A DNA stretch of 64,000 nucleotides, from the NCBI GenBank assembly GCA_964199315.1, contig OZ116699.1, forward strand, positions 21,452,001 through 21,516,000. Reading direction: 5' to 3'. Made by a program: the position numbers and the translations under genes. Source of the DNA: Orbicella franksi. Lineage: Eukaryota. Positions 25,401 through 37,300 of this stretch are shown one piece after another (the first letter of the stretch is position 1; each line of letters opens with the position of its first letter). The notes beneath the pieces are model-generated. The model was not told the origin of the DNA and searched no databases. It saw only the letters and a list, made by a program, of their open reading frames with translations.

Positions 25401-28400
25401 CTGACCATAGCTGCAGACAAAGGACATTACAAGTTTTGTGACCTGTTACTTTCACGTGGAGCCATGGTAGATGTGAAAAATAAGAAAGGAAACTCACCTC
25501 TGTGGTTGGCAGCTAATGGTATGTAGCTAAGAAGTCGTCTTTAAATCTTGATATTGGTAATGGTGAATTGTTTGTTCAAGTTTAAATATTTGATTATGGC
25601 ATTTTCCCCAAAGCTATGACTGTGGATATAGTCCTTTGAGTTCAAGTTCCAGCCCCCTGACTTCTTGCCCTTTTAGTATGTTTGGTGTGAGAGTTGTGGT
25701 GCTACATTGTGTCCATCAAGATAATGTACCCTAGCTGACACTTCTTTCTTTTTGTTGCCTTTCTACCAATCAGTGCAGTGATCTCTACAATACATTTTTT
25801 TTAATCGCTACATTAGATATTAAACAAGGCTGGAGCAAAGCAATTAAATATCTAGTGTAGACTACCTGCAGCTACAGTACGTCTTTATTGTTAAGTCACT
25901 ATAGATTTCTGACTGTCTCATTGAGTGTACAGAAACATGAGCAATCCATGCTCTTTTAAGTCACTGTTGATTGATATGGCAATGTTTATTTTTAAGGGGG
26001 CCATCTGGAAGTATGCCAGCTGCTCTTTAGTTATGGTGCAGATGTTGATAGTCAAGACAACAGAAAGGTGTCCATTCTTATGGCAGCATTCAGAAAGGGC
26101 CACATAAAAGTTGTCAAATGGCTTGTCAAGCATGTCCATCAGTTCCCCTCTGACTCTGAATGTACACGATTTGTATCCACTCTTTCTGATAAGGTATGAC
26201 TCTGCTGGAGATAGTTTCAATGCTTTTTGTAAACAGTCTCTGAGAATGCATTGATCCCTCAAACACTGCAATCCTCAACAGACCTAGAGTTAACGCTCAA
26301 AGGAAAAATAGTATTTTTGGGGACTCATTTTTAAACCTTTTTTGATAACAGTCTTTTGTGTAAGCATGTGTTTACAGTGTGCCCTCTTGCATTTCAATGT
26401 TCCATCCGTTATGGCTATCTCTTTAGGATTCATTTTGTGATGGGAAGGAGGGAACAAAGATGTAATGGTGTAAATCATGACAACTCTTTTGCCTACAATT
26501 GTAGTTTAAGAATGTTTTAGGTTGCGTTTCTATCAGAAAATCCAAGATTGGATTCTTAAATGCGAAAGAATCTGAAAACGGATTTTGCGTTTCTTTACTA
26601 AACAGATCAATCCAAGATCTCTCAGATCATGATGAGTCAAAGGAACCGAAGAATCCACTCTGGGCAAGGATTCTTTGGTTCTTTTGACGCCCCATGATCT
26701 GAGAGATCTTGGTTTGATCTGTTGAGTAAAGAATCGCAAAATCCGTTTTTGGATTCTTTCGGATTTAAGAATCCAATCTTGGATTTTCTTAAAGAAACGC
26801 ACCCTTAGTCATTTCTGATAGTTGCCATTATGGTTGTTCTGTAATTCTAGTAATTTATTACTGTTTCTGTTTCACTGTCAACCAACTTGTTCCTCCGTTG
26901 CAGGAACTTTTGAACAAGTGTCACAAGAATATGGAGATAATAATAACAGCTAAAGACCGCCAGGCTGCAGAGGCCAACAAGAATGCGTCCATACTCCTGG
27001 AGCAAATTGACTTGGAGAAAGAACGTGAAGAGCTGAAGAAAGCGGCTGCTGCCCGAAAGAGAGACAAGAAAAAACAAAAGAAGAAGAAGAAACTCCAAGC
27101 AGAGAAAGAGACAGAGACAAATGTTAAGAATATGGCTGAAAAAGAAAACAGTGATGATAGTAGTGAGCCTGAAAGGAAGATTTCTGCTGAAAATAGTGGT
27201 ATGTGTGGTTTGTGAACTTGTGAATTGTGAATAAACCACTCTTTACTGGGTTGTCAGAGAATTCACTATCTGATCAGGAAATGGTAAATTTCTTGATGAG
27301 TTGATCCCCTTGTGCATGCCTATTTGTGTCATTGCCACATTATGATATAGCTTTTACAATCTAGTGATCTAGTGCTTACAGGTAACTCTTATTGGTTGTG
27401 TTTTTTACATTCTTATTTATAGTGAATACAAGTGTTTTGCCACCACCACTGAGTACATCTGCAGTGATTGACAGCAACACTGTTAGTGGCGTCAGGACAA
27501 GGAAATCATCGACTGGCTCCCTGGATACACTTACAAGTATTGCGATCACTGCTGCTGTCACAACAACATCGACTGGAAAGTATGGACACAGTCTTACTGT
27601 TTTCAATGTTTTCCATATTTTTTGGACAGTAGAAAACTGGCTTTTAGTTGTAAGCCATGTGATCTTGTATGATTGGGGTCTTAGCTTGACAAAAAGCACT
27701 TAGATGGGGTAGAGGTTGTGCATGATATTAAAACATGTAATATTTTCATACATAATATTTTATATTAAGGAATGTTTAAACAATGCTTAATGTAGTGTGG
27801 GAGTTTTAAAGGGGCTCGGTTGCAGTAGTTTGAGTAAACACCAAAGACATAATAATAAACCATAAAGGAACAAGGATGGTTAAGGATGGAGAAGATTTAC
27901 ACAGATTACAAACGACAAACTTCCAAAATTTATGCTTAAACTTTTCAAAATGAATGTACAGACTGTGACGTAGCTCCTTTAAGAGTGTCTGTGACTAGCT
28001 TACTAATCACTTTAAAATTTTTCTTATATGCCTATGGATGTGTCTGTACTTAGGGATATATCCAAACAAGAACGCATAATTCTGATAAGGAGAACCTTGC
28101 TTTATATTTTTCTCAGGTCTACTGATGTGATCAGTGTTATGAAAACTGCTGAGATCACCAAAGTAGTGGCCAGTACCATCATGACTCAGACTACTCCCCA
28201 CAGTGCTCTGTCGCCCATCACCGTGGCCACTGCTGCAGCCCAGTGTCTCGCTGTCACTCTCACAACAACAACGGCTACTACTAAAATGTCCACCTTGCCG
28301 AGTCCTAAGAAGGGTAAAAAACACGAGGATGGCTGGAAGGAGGTTGTAAGAAGGTACAGTATGTCTTTAGAATTGATTAGACAGAATAACCCTAAATTCC

Positions 28401-31400
28401 TAAGAGTGATTAACTATAAATTCCTTTTTAATTGGAAAGCTGATGAGAACTATGAAAATTTTCAGCCTCAGTTGAACATCGCTATCTCGAACTCCCCGCT
28501 ATCTTCACCTGCACTGTGTAAAATTTTTGAGTGGCTGCCAAATTAATTTCAAAAATCAGTAAGAAGAATTATTTGGGACTGGAAACGTTTCAGCTCTTAA
28601 AACACCTAATACAGTTTTTTTTCCATCTTTTACTGAAGTGTGTGTTCTGGTCGCTTTTTATCTTCTCTTCTGGAAAGACTTCTGGGTCACGCCTTCTGTT
28701 TCGTTTTTTGATGTTGTTTGGCTTCCTTTTTCAAACCTCTCTATTTGTAATGAAGACCTTTATTGTAACTAATGGTTTTGCGTTGTAGGTCCAAGAAAAT
28801 GTCCGTTTCGTCTTCTGTGATCAGTCGTGTGATTGGTCGAGGAGGGTGCAATATCAACGCTATCCGTGAAACAACTGGAGCCCACATTGACATCGATACC
28901 AATCGGCAGAAAACAACCGGCAGCTGTATAGTTACTATCAAGTAGGATTCCTTCCTTTTGTTCTCTCTAACTGGCGCTCTTTCTCGCCTGAATTTTTTTA
29001 TTGCTGTGTTAATCCATAGTTAATAGAGGGAAATGGTTGAGAAACCTGGTGAACATCAGAGAAGCAAACAAACAGGCTAAGATTTATGTTGGAAGGTCCT
29101 TGGCCTTGCACATCTTTTGTGTCATGCTCATAGACTATGCATGAATTACATGATCGCAACGCTTCGATTGGTTAGTTGTATGAGCACACATAAGCACCTT
29201 TTGTTTTTTTGCCAGGTTTTGTGCAAGGTAAATCCCCAAAATAGCCAACAAAAACATACAGCAAAGACCTTTGCCGGGTTTCTTATCAATTTATCTTCAT
29301 CAACTATGGTTAATCTATTGGAGTGCTTGCGTATCTCGTAAATAGAGTATGGTAAATGCTCAAGAAAGTCAGTACTTTGTTAGCTTGCTTGTTACATCAC
29401 TGATCACACCGTTTTGTAATTTGCATTTTCCAGGGGACCTGCTGATGCAACACGACAAGCGCACCAGCTCATCTCGGCCTTAGTCAAGGACCCTGAGTGT
29501 GATATTAATGACGTCCTTCCCCGGAAAAAGCACCTTCATTCTCCAATCAGCCGTTCATCGGTCGCTACAACAATCACCACCTCAGTCACCTCCACAGTCT
29601 CTCATCACAGAACCCTCTCAGAACCTAAACCCATCACTACATCCTCTAAAGTACCTTCGACAACACAGTCCACCCAAACACGAACCACAACGAAAACCAC
29701 CACAGCTGTTGGCCCTCAAAGCTTGTCCAGCTCTTGGCCATCTACTAATAGTACCCCCGTGGCACAGGTTACCACATCCGTCAGCTGCACCACTGCGAAG
29801 AGTACCGTGACTTCATCAACCCATATGCCGAGCACGGCACGTTGGGCGACTACAACGCAAACTGCATCTAACACCAGCAAGAAGGCACCACTGGCCGCTG
29901 CGCAAGTTGCAGCAGCAAGTTCGCATTCCAGTGCTGTTCCTGTGGCTTCCGCGTCTGTCAGGAAGACTTCTGGTGGAGCCGCAAATATCAGTGGTTCTTC
30001 TAGTTCCGGTGTGGTCAAGCCCCCAACACCTGCTAAGCGACAATTGTTTCCTGAAACACCAGCTGAGGCGTCAAGGAAAAATTCATCAAGCAAAACGGCC
30101 AGGGTAGTCAAGGGATCTCCTTCCTATTCATCTGTTGCAATGGGAGTAACTGGTGCCACTGGGGGTGGTGCACTGGATGGCGTACTACCAATAACAACTT
30201 CAGCTTCATCCTCAGTAACAAGCTCTGTGACTACATCCTTGGGTTCTTCAAATCTTCCAGCTGCTATTAGCAATATCCTGTCACACGTCGGCCAGACGCT
30301 GAGTCCCAGTGTATGGAATGATATAGCGCATCCCAGCATCCGACCAAACGTCGGGCCTGTCTCGGAGCTAGACCATCCCTCATCAGCATCTCCGGCAGAT
30401 CCTATCACGCAGCCCCTGTATATCACAACTCCAGGGGCCCTGTTTACCCCTCTCCCACACGAGTCTGTGTCATCCTCCCCACCCAACACCTCTGGTTCCC
30501 CGGTGCCGACTACAACACCTTCAACGTCGACATCACCCAACTCCTCCCCCATAGGGACATCGCTTGCCCCTGGTAGTAACACTCTGGTCGAGTCTGGTGA
30601 CAAACCATCCCTGAGGCCAATAGGAACTGAAAGAGCATCGAGGAGAGTGTGCGCAAGTCCACTTCCCTCAGTACCTGGAATATCACCGCTAATAGGAACA
30701 GGTATTTGAGACTTTGATCTAGAAATACTCTGAAACGTTCTTTACCCATTTAAGTGTTGAGACAGTTTTGCAAATCGGACGTTTTTGAACCTAGATGCGT
30801 ACTTTCCTTGATAAAAGAGACACCTTTTTCGTCAATAGCCACTCACACCCAAGCAATGTTGAAACGGGCTTTTGCGACGCAACCATGTAGTTACAACATT
30901 GCAACGGGGAGAAGGGGGCGAAATATGAGGAGAGTAGGTAAGACAAGTTACACTTGAAAGCCGAGAGTTTGCTTTCGAGCTGTGTCTCAACTACGTTTGT
31001 CCCAGATTGAAGAAGAAATGCCCATACTTTGGTTTAGAGTGACCCTAAAATGTTAAGAGCAGCTTCGTCTAAATATCAACTATTCTTGGAAATAGCGAAA
31101 AAATCGAATTTCTTCAAACTCGCCCAAAATGAAGCCCTACGGGCACTAGTTACAAAAATATTGTTTTAAATTCGATAAATCAAAAATTAATTTTTTGCGC
31201 AATTTTTTCTTTTCGATGCCCCAAATCGGCCAAAATCGATCGAAAATGAGCGGCATATTCAGAGGCTCGTAAACTCAAAAGTAAAAATCTTCATAACAAA
31301 CTGATTGGACGTTGTATTTGTACTTCCTTTCTTGTATGTTTAGAGCTAAACAGATCGCAATTTGATTAAAACTAAAATATTTGACGATTTTTCTAAATTA

Positions 31401-34400
31401 ACGACCCAAGACAGCTAAACAAGAGGTCTACATTTAGCCTATTTTCAAATGCTAAAAAGGCGTTCTGGTACACGGCTTTTCCCAAAACGACTAGTTTGGT
31501 CTGAAAGAGCATTGTTTCTTCTTCAAATTAGTGAAATAAAATTTTTGGGTAAATAAAATTGCGAGCGCTGAGATAGCGAACTAAATGTAGCACTTCTTCC
31601 TGAAAACGTGACCTTTGACCCATGCGTAACGAAACCGATTACTGCAAGAAAACCCGGAAGAAAAGCAAACGCTTCGTTATTTTGAAACATTTTCTAGTGA
31701 TATCCCTCCGAAACCATTATTGTAAGAAACTATTTCCAGATATGAAATCTCACAGGGTCAAAGAAGGAGCTAAAGGACGCATTTTGACACAAGAGCTTTG
31801 TTTGCTGAGAATTGAAGTCAATGACCGTTCACGAATTCCAGTGAAATTTGCGAACTTGAAGTATGTTAGCCGATACTTACGTGAATCTTTATACTGATTT
31901 ATGCAAGAGTCGTCTTCTTGGATTAACCTTCAAAAGAAGCTGGATCCACATTTGGAAACAAATGTTTAATGTTCCGTTATCTGCCCGCTGCTATAAATTC
32001 CGTGCACATGCCGACCGCGTGTTTGTCGTAAAACCAACTGAACTCCACTGACAGTTTCCATAGGCAACCCCAAAATAAACAATCCCGCAAAATGTAAAGT
32101 GAAATTAGCTGTCTTCATGAACAGTTAGAAGCTAGACCCAAGACCCATTACCATTAAAAAATGCTTGGTTTTATTTGTTTGCGTTGACTTTGTTCACTCA
32201 GTATTTCTTACCGCGAATCGGTCACGCCAAAATACTGCAGACCGTGCAGACTTGTTTGGGCCTTTAATTTTCACTCATTTTTTTGGCGCTAGTTACAAAA
32301 TGGTGTTCAACATATCTGAAAGTTTGTCATTTATCCACAGGCCGCACAAGCGCAGTATGTGACTTTTGATTCAATAGACAAACGCGTAGAAGACTTTGTG
32401 TGGGAAACTTACTCAGTCTGCACGGTCTGCAGTGTTTTGGCGTGACCGATACGCATTATTCGAACGTGACAGTAACTACTGAGTGAACAAAGTAAAATCA
32501 AGCACTTTTTAAAGGCAATGGAACTTGACTCTAGCTTCTAACTGTTCACGAAGACAGTCAATTTCACTTAACATTTTGCGGGATTGTTTATTTTGGGGTT
32601 GCCCGAGGAAACTGTCAGTGGAGTTCAGTTAGTTTTACGACAAACATGCGGTCGGCATGTGCATGGAATTTATAGCAGCGGGCAGATCACGGAACATTAA
32701 ACATTTCTTCTTTTACAAGTTTCCAAAACTGGATCCAGTTTCTTTTGATGGCTAATCCAAGAAGACGATTCTGCCATAAGTATAAATATTCAGGTAAGTA
32801 TCGGCTAACATACTTCAAGTTCGCAAATTTCATTGGAATTCGTTAACGGTCATTGGCTTCAATTCCCCGCAAACAAAGTTCTTGTGTCAAAATGCGCCCT
32901 TTAGCTCCTTCTTTGACCCTATAAGATTTCATATCTGGAAATAGTTTCTTGCAATAATGGTTCGGAGAGAAATCACTAGCAAGTGTTTCAAAATAACGAA
33001 GCGTTTGCTTTTCTTCCGGGTTTTCTTGCAGTAATCGGTTTCCGTTACGCTTGGGTCAAAGGTCACGTTTTCAGGAAGAAGTGCTGCATTTAGTTCGCTA
33101 TCTCAGCGTTCGCGATTTTATTTACCCAAAAATTTTATTTCACTAATTTGAAGAAGAAACAATGCTCTTTCAGACCAAACTAGTCGTTTTGGGAAAAGCC
33201 GTGTACCAGAACTTCTTTTTAGCATTTGAAAATAGGCTAAATGTAGTCCTCTTGTTAAGCTGTCTTGGGTTGTTAACTTTGAAAAATCGTCAAATATTTT
33301 AGTTTTAATCAAATTGCGATCTGTTTAGCTCTAAACATACAAGAAAGGAAGTACAAATACAACGTCCAATCAGTTTGTTATGAAGATTTTTACTTTTGAG
33401 TTTACGAGCCTCTGAATATGCCGCTCATTTTCGATCGATTTTGGCCGAATTGGGGCATCGAAAGGAAAAAATTGCGTAAAAAAAATAAGTTTTGATTTAT
33501 CGAACTTAAAACAACATTTTTAACTAGTGCCCGTAGGGCTTCATTTTGGACGAGTTTGAAGAAATTCGATTTTTTCGCTATTTCCAAGTCTGGTTCATAT
33601 TTAGGCGAAGCTGCTCTTAAAAACGTGCGAGTGTTTGAATAGTGATGCTAAATGGTAATTGCTTGGGATTAAGTGATAGTAAACCACGCTATGAATCAGC
33701 GTAAACTTATAACATGTACACAGACACATTGATGTTCTATTCACGTTATTGTCTGATTCACAATTAACTTTATTATGAAGTCCGCGAGAAACCTATCGAA
33801 GTAGAAGTTTTTCAATTTTAAACGTTTGAACAAAGTTTCCTTCTTTCAATCCAGAGGGAACACAGGTCGCTGGAGTTTGGAGCTACTCCTATGCCCCAGA
33901 TCCCACGCTGTCAGCAGGATGGTCGGCCGCACCCTCAGTTTCAACAGCGCCGTCACCCCCTCTAATCAGCGGAAGTAACTCGTTACCAGGCTCAGAGGAG
34001 GAGCAGTTTGGTGTGAACCCAGGGGATACGCTACAGACATTCTTGGAACGGCTGTCGCTCTCGAGCCATCTTGGTCTCTTCCAGGTAAAGATAGATATCT
34101 CATATGTCACGCTGCACAAAGCATTCTACTGTGACACGTGCAAATGAAGTGCTCTGAACTGTAAAGTTTCCTAATTCTGTTATCATCTTCCTGCCGTCAC
34201 TTGTTCTTACTGTTGACGTTAATTCAAATTGCGCGCGCCAACCTGCGATTTTGTAGTGTGTGCTCTGTTACAACACGTGAATCCATGTTGGCGTCAAGAG
34301 ATTTAATATGAACGATATCGTCACACGTCTTTGGAAAAACTGCATGCAGTTTACGGCTGCACTGGAGGATCTGGGTAAAACATCTTAGTTCAGTTCTTTA

Positions 34401-35332
34401 ACCCCGTACTGCCGCAAAACACTTGGACTTTGTATTTTTGTGTTGTATTTTGTTACGTTACGTTTCGTTGCTTCGCTTTGCTTTGTTTTGTGTTGTTTTA
34501 TTTAATGTATATTGTTTTCCTTTTCTTTAGAAAAACGAAATAGACCTGGACGCCTTACTGTTGATGTCGGAAAAAGACTATGCAGATATCGGTCTGCCGA
34601 AGGTGAGAGAGCTCAGGTTCTTCTTGTATATGTATATATTTGCATTCCGTGAACTGATGTATCGCCTAAATATTTCTGATATTAGAAGATATAGGCGCGA
34701 TCTCGAGTCCGGTCTACGTTCCTCACCGTGCCTTCGGGAGAGCTTTCCCGCACAGCGGCTGGTAATCGAGCCTATAGAAGATGCACATTATCGTACCTGT
34801 TATTTCACTTTGACTCGTCAAGCAAACTAACAAGTGACATCTTTCTTGGTTTCCCTTTCAACTTTAGGGACCTCGGGTGAAGCTGTTGAACAGCACTCGA
34901 CAGCTTTACACCAGCGACACACCAGAGTTCAGTACGGTCCCACCTGGTGCCTCCCCCGGTTCAAGACCCGCCGGTCGAAATACTGGCTGGAGTCCTCAGG
35001 GGGGGATCATCGCGACCTCAACGACAGCAACGACTGTAGCTGCCGGGGTTCCGTTTGGGGCGAAAAGGGCTCCGGGTCGGAAAGTCGATCCAAGCAAACG
35101 AGTAAGTGAAAGTCTAGTCTTCTTTTTTTATGGAGGAATCAAAGCGAATGTTAATTTGTAGTGACTAGATTTGTTTGATGTAAACTTTGTAACTGTGTCT
35201 GGTAGAACATTCTTTCGAAACGTCGAAATGCAGTCCTGGGCAGGAACTCAACTGCCTGTAGTTCTGTGGATTAACTTTTCTTCTTTTATCCTGCAGCAGG
35301 GGTGGAAATCATGGAGTCGGACAGCGGTTTAA
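13429..35332 (+). CDS. ANKRD17: Ankyrin-repeat and KH domain protein (ANKRD17/ANKHD1/Mask orthologue) with an extra C-terminal SAM domain, about 2143 aa, 28 coding exons
   Basis: Exons (all GT-AG, phases consistent, total 6432 nt): 13429-13563, 15564-15702, 15844-16011, 17469-17600, 18022-18423, 18638-18780, 19378-19499, 19629-19696, 19787-19888, 20002-20091, 20614-20723, 21090-21177, 21367-21494, 21679-22402, 23399-23659, 23848-23993, 24678-25034, 25281-25518, 25997-26193, 26904-27198, 27423-27579, 28117-28353, 28789-28941, 29434-30701, 33855-34084, 34531-34602, 34868-35101, 35297-35332. The translation contains family signatures DPETQARLETLLEAAG, DPEVLRRLTSSVSCALDEAAAALTRMR, AKDRQAAEANKNASILL and GWKEVVRRSKK. 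Exons 1, 15 (acceptor) and 28 are the least certain. Confidence 0.95.
16471..17175 (-). mobile_element. 5'-truncated L2-clade LINE fragment (ORF2 C-terminus, 3' UTR and TTTA tail)
   Basis: Minus ORF ...FCNALLYGLPKYLINRLQLVQNSAARLV...HITPILRNLHWLPV..RI.FKILLLTYKALNGLAPGYI is the typical L2 ORF2 end. The (TAAA)n tail is at 16471-16492 and a degenerate AAAATCCT repeat lies in the 3' UTR (about 16555-16640). Confidence 0.9.
17469..21760 (+). other. First ankyrin-repeat cluster of ANKRD17-like (exons 4-14)
   Basis: Repeated TPLMEA..GH..V..LLL..GA motifs across the spliced exons. Confidence 0.9.
22636..23001. mobile_element. PIF/Harbinger-like MITE
   Basis: Termini GGGAGTTTTAGCAA ... TTGTTAAAACTCCC with subterminal GACGGCAACG/CGTTGCCGTT inverted motifs. 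Flanks are TTA/TAA (TWA-type, one mismatch). Confidence 0.65.
23530..26150 (+). other. Second ankyrin-repeat cluster of ANKRD17-like (exons 15-19)
   Basis: From DTALTLAAAGGHDELV to RKGHIKVVKWLVK, closely matching the family's second cluster. Confidence 0.9.
26520..26804. mobile_element. PIF/Harbinger-like MITE, nearly full-length hairpin
   Basis: GGTTGCGTTTC...GAAACGCACCC termini with the 3-bp TSD TTA on both sides (26517-26519, 26805-26807). The arms are complementary over most of the 285 bp. Confidence 0.8.
27810..27978. mobile_element. Kolobok-like MITE (TTAA TSD)
   Basis: TTAA|AGGGGCTCGGTTGCAGT ... ACTGTGACGTAGCTCCT|TTAA. The purine-purine termini argue against piggyBac, which starts CC. 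Confidence 0.65.
28789..29500 (+). other. KH RNA-binding domain of ANKRD17-like (exons 23-24)
   Basis: SKKMSVSSSVISRVIGRGGCNINAIRETTGAHIDID...VTIKGPADATRQAHQLISALVKDP, with an intact GxxG loop (GRGG). Confidence 0.9.
31057..33616. mobile_element. 2.56-kb foldback (Kolobok-like, TTAA TSD) in ANKRD17 intron 24
   Basis: TTAA|GAGCAGCTTCG ... CGAAGCTGCTC|TTAA. The left arm 31057-32252 is the reverse complement of the right arm 32415-33616, with a spacer of about 160 bp. Confidence 0.9.
34025..34906 (+). other. SAM (sterile alpha motif) domain of ANKRD17-like, split over exons 25-27
   Basis: Spliced translation DTLQTFLERLSLSSHLGLFQ|KNEIDLDALLLMSEKDYADIGLPK|GPRVKLLNSTRQL fits the SAM consensus (L..FL..L.L..Y...F...EIDL..LL.L...DL..LGI..GPR.KLL). 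Confidence 0.88.
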
Positions 35333-37207
35333 ATCTAAGCGGTAAGTTTATTCGCTTTATTTAAACATAACTGAAGAAAATCCAATATGAGTTTCTTTTT
35401 TACTGTATATGTTGGAAGAACACGACAAAATTTTTACAATAGCTTTAGCCATTGTCGCGCCGTTTCCCACAATGCTGGTTCGGCCGGTGCAAACGCGCTC
35501 TCGAATTTTAGTTTTTTGAGCTGGTTTTTGATTCGAAGAAGAAGAACAGCAGACAAACAAATTAGACGAGGAGAGATAATATCGATGGCAGTTAAAGAGC
35601 GAGGAGAATTTAGACTTCCTGGGAGCAAAGGGTGAAGGAAGGACCAGTACTTCGAAGCAAATATTCTTTCAGTTTTCGCTGGTTTTAGTACATTATATCA
35701 TGGTGGGTACGTCTTGGCCTTCAATTATACATTCAACTGGAGTTTAGTGCTCGTTTTCCCTCAGTATGGCAAGGGAAAACTAATACGTAGAGATACACGT
35801 TGTGCCCCTAGTCTCTTTACTAAGTACATCAACTCTTATCCTTTTCAGGGATCACCAAGTAAACTTCGACATTGTTAAACTCTGGACAACAGAGGACTCT
35901 TGAAAAACGGACCTAACTTTATTTTGGGTTAATTGGAGCTATAAATGATGAATAAATCTTAGGTTCAATCGATATTGTGAAGTGTGCTTGATTAAGACCG
36001 GTCTTGCATGTGAGGAATGTGTTAGATGAGAATAAGCCACCCATTTGTTTGTTTAAATAATGTGAAAATCGTTAAGAAAAACCTGTCAGTTTCATTTGGA
36101 ACCTACCACGACAAACGTTATAGTTTCCATAAAACCTTGAAGAAGTAATGAGAGAGTGATGCGTCTGAGAACCATATCAACTGGTTAAGGCTAACGGATA
36201 TCTTTAGAGGTGTTTCGCGTCCAAGCGATGTAGTCTGTCCGGTTTAGGCTGTGGTTACACCTAATCGTACTCTTTTGGAACACTTTGGTGGCATATCAGC
36301 AAGTTTGGTCCAGCCATGGATCGTATGTTAGCGAGAGAGCACTATCTGCTGCCGAAGCGTACCTAAAAGGTACCATTAAGTATTTTACCCTACCCAAATT
36401 CGGCCTATTATAAGGTTGATATCGTAAACATATCAGGTCAGTGACTTGATATCGTAGGATATCAGGACTGTAGACACGGCTTTTGATTGGCTAATTTCGA
36501 ATTTGAGTGCGGTAAATAATTGAGCTGGCTATCAAACTAAACTAAAATCAAAGGTAACAGCAGTAACTTTTAACTAAAAGTAACTTTACCAGTAACTTTT
36601 AACTAAAATCAAAGGTAACACCGGTAACTTTTCGTCAGCTAAGAGAAGCGAAAAGGTCTATGGGGACGAGAATGACACCCTTCAACTTGCCATGTACAGT
36701 ATAGGGTTTCCTAGCTCGGTTTACGTTAGCTCGTCTAAAAATCTAATTTTGTCTGGCTTCACAGAGACTGGTTTCGCTTTTATTCAAGAAGACTATAGAG
36801 CAATTTGACTTAGTGTTTTGTCTCTTGAGCTCCATGTTTTCATGGAAACGATGCATTCACTGTTTTGATGCAAAAAGTACGAAATTGCGATTTACTCGAG
36901 ATCAAACAATTTTTTTATTCTCGTGTATTCTACTTGCCTTGGTCGTGATATGGTGTTCAAATATTTGGAATCAGCAGATGTCATACAGAGTGGTTTATGA
37001 GGGTCGGCTGCTTGGCATGCTGGGATGAGGCAGGAAGGTCTGTCCCCTTTCCTTTCAGTCTCTTGCCCATTGACCGGAGCGTGAAACCTAGCTCTGTTAT
37101 AATTGAGAATAGAAGTGAGGTCAAGTGGGCTTTGTACTAACAGCTGGAGGACCTCGATTTTGCTTCTAAGTTGCACCCCCTTTCTCGCGGCAACGGTCGG
37201 TGCTTAA

Positions 37208-37300
37208 GGTCATTCTCCAGTATTGCATTGCGCATCCTTACTGCGCATAATTTATGGCGTCATTAGCGCGCGTTCGTGCACGCGCACATTGAAAACAAAC
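37208..37300. mobile_element. Left end of a Kolobok-like element (related to 54429-55073)
   Basis: TTAA|GGTCATTCTCCAGTATTGCA...GCGTCATTAGCGC resembles the left end of the 54429 element. No matching right TIR was found. Confidence 0.45.

Noticed and set aside
24968-30603. Antisense ORFs at 24968-25420, 29716-30111 and 30124-30603
   Set aside because: They are shadows of GC-richer ANKRD17 coding exons on the opposite strand.
31622-31897. ORF inside the foldback arm as a transposase remnant
   Set aside because: No DDE, THAP or zinc-finger motif, and the mirror arm does not preserve the frame.
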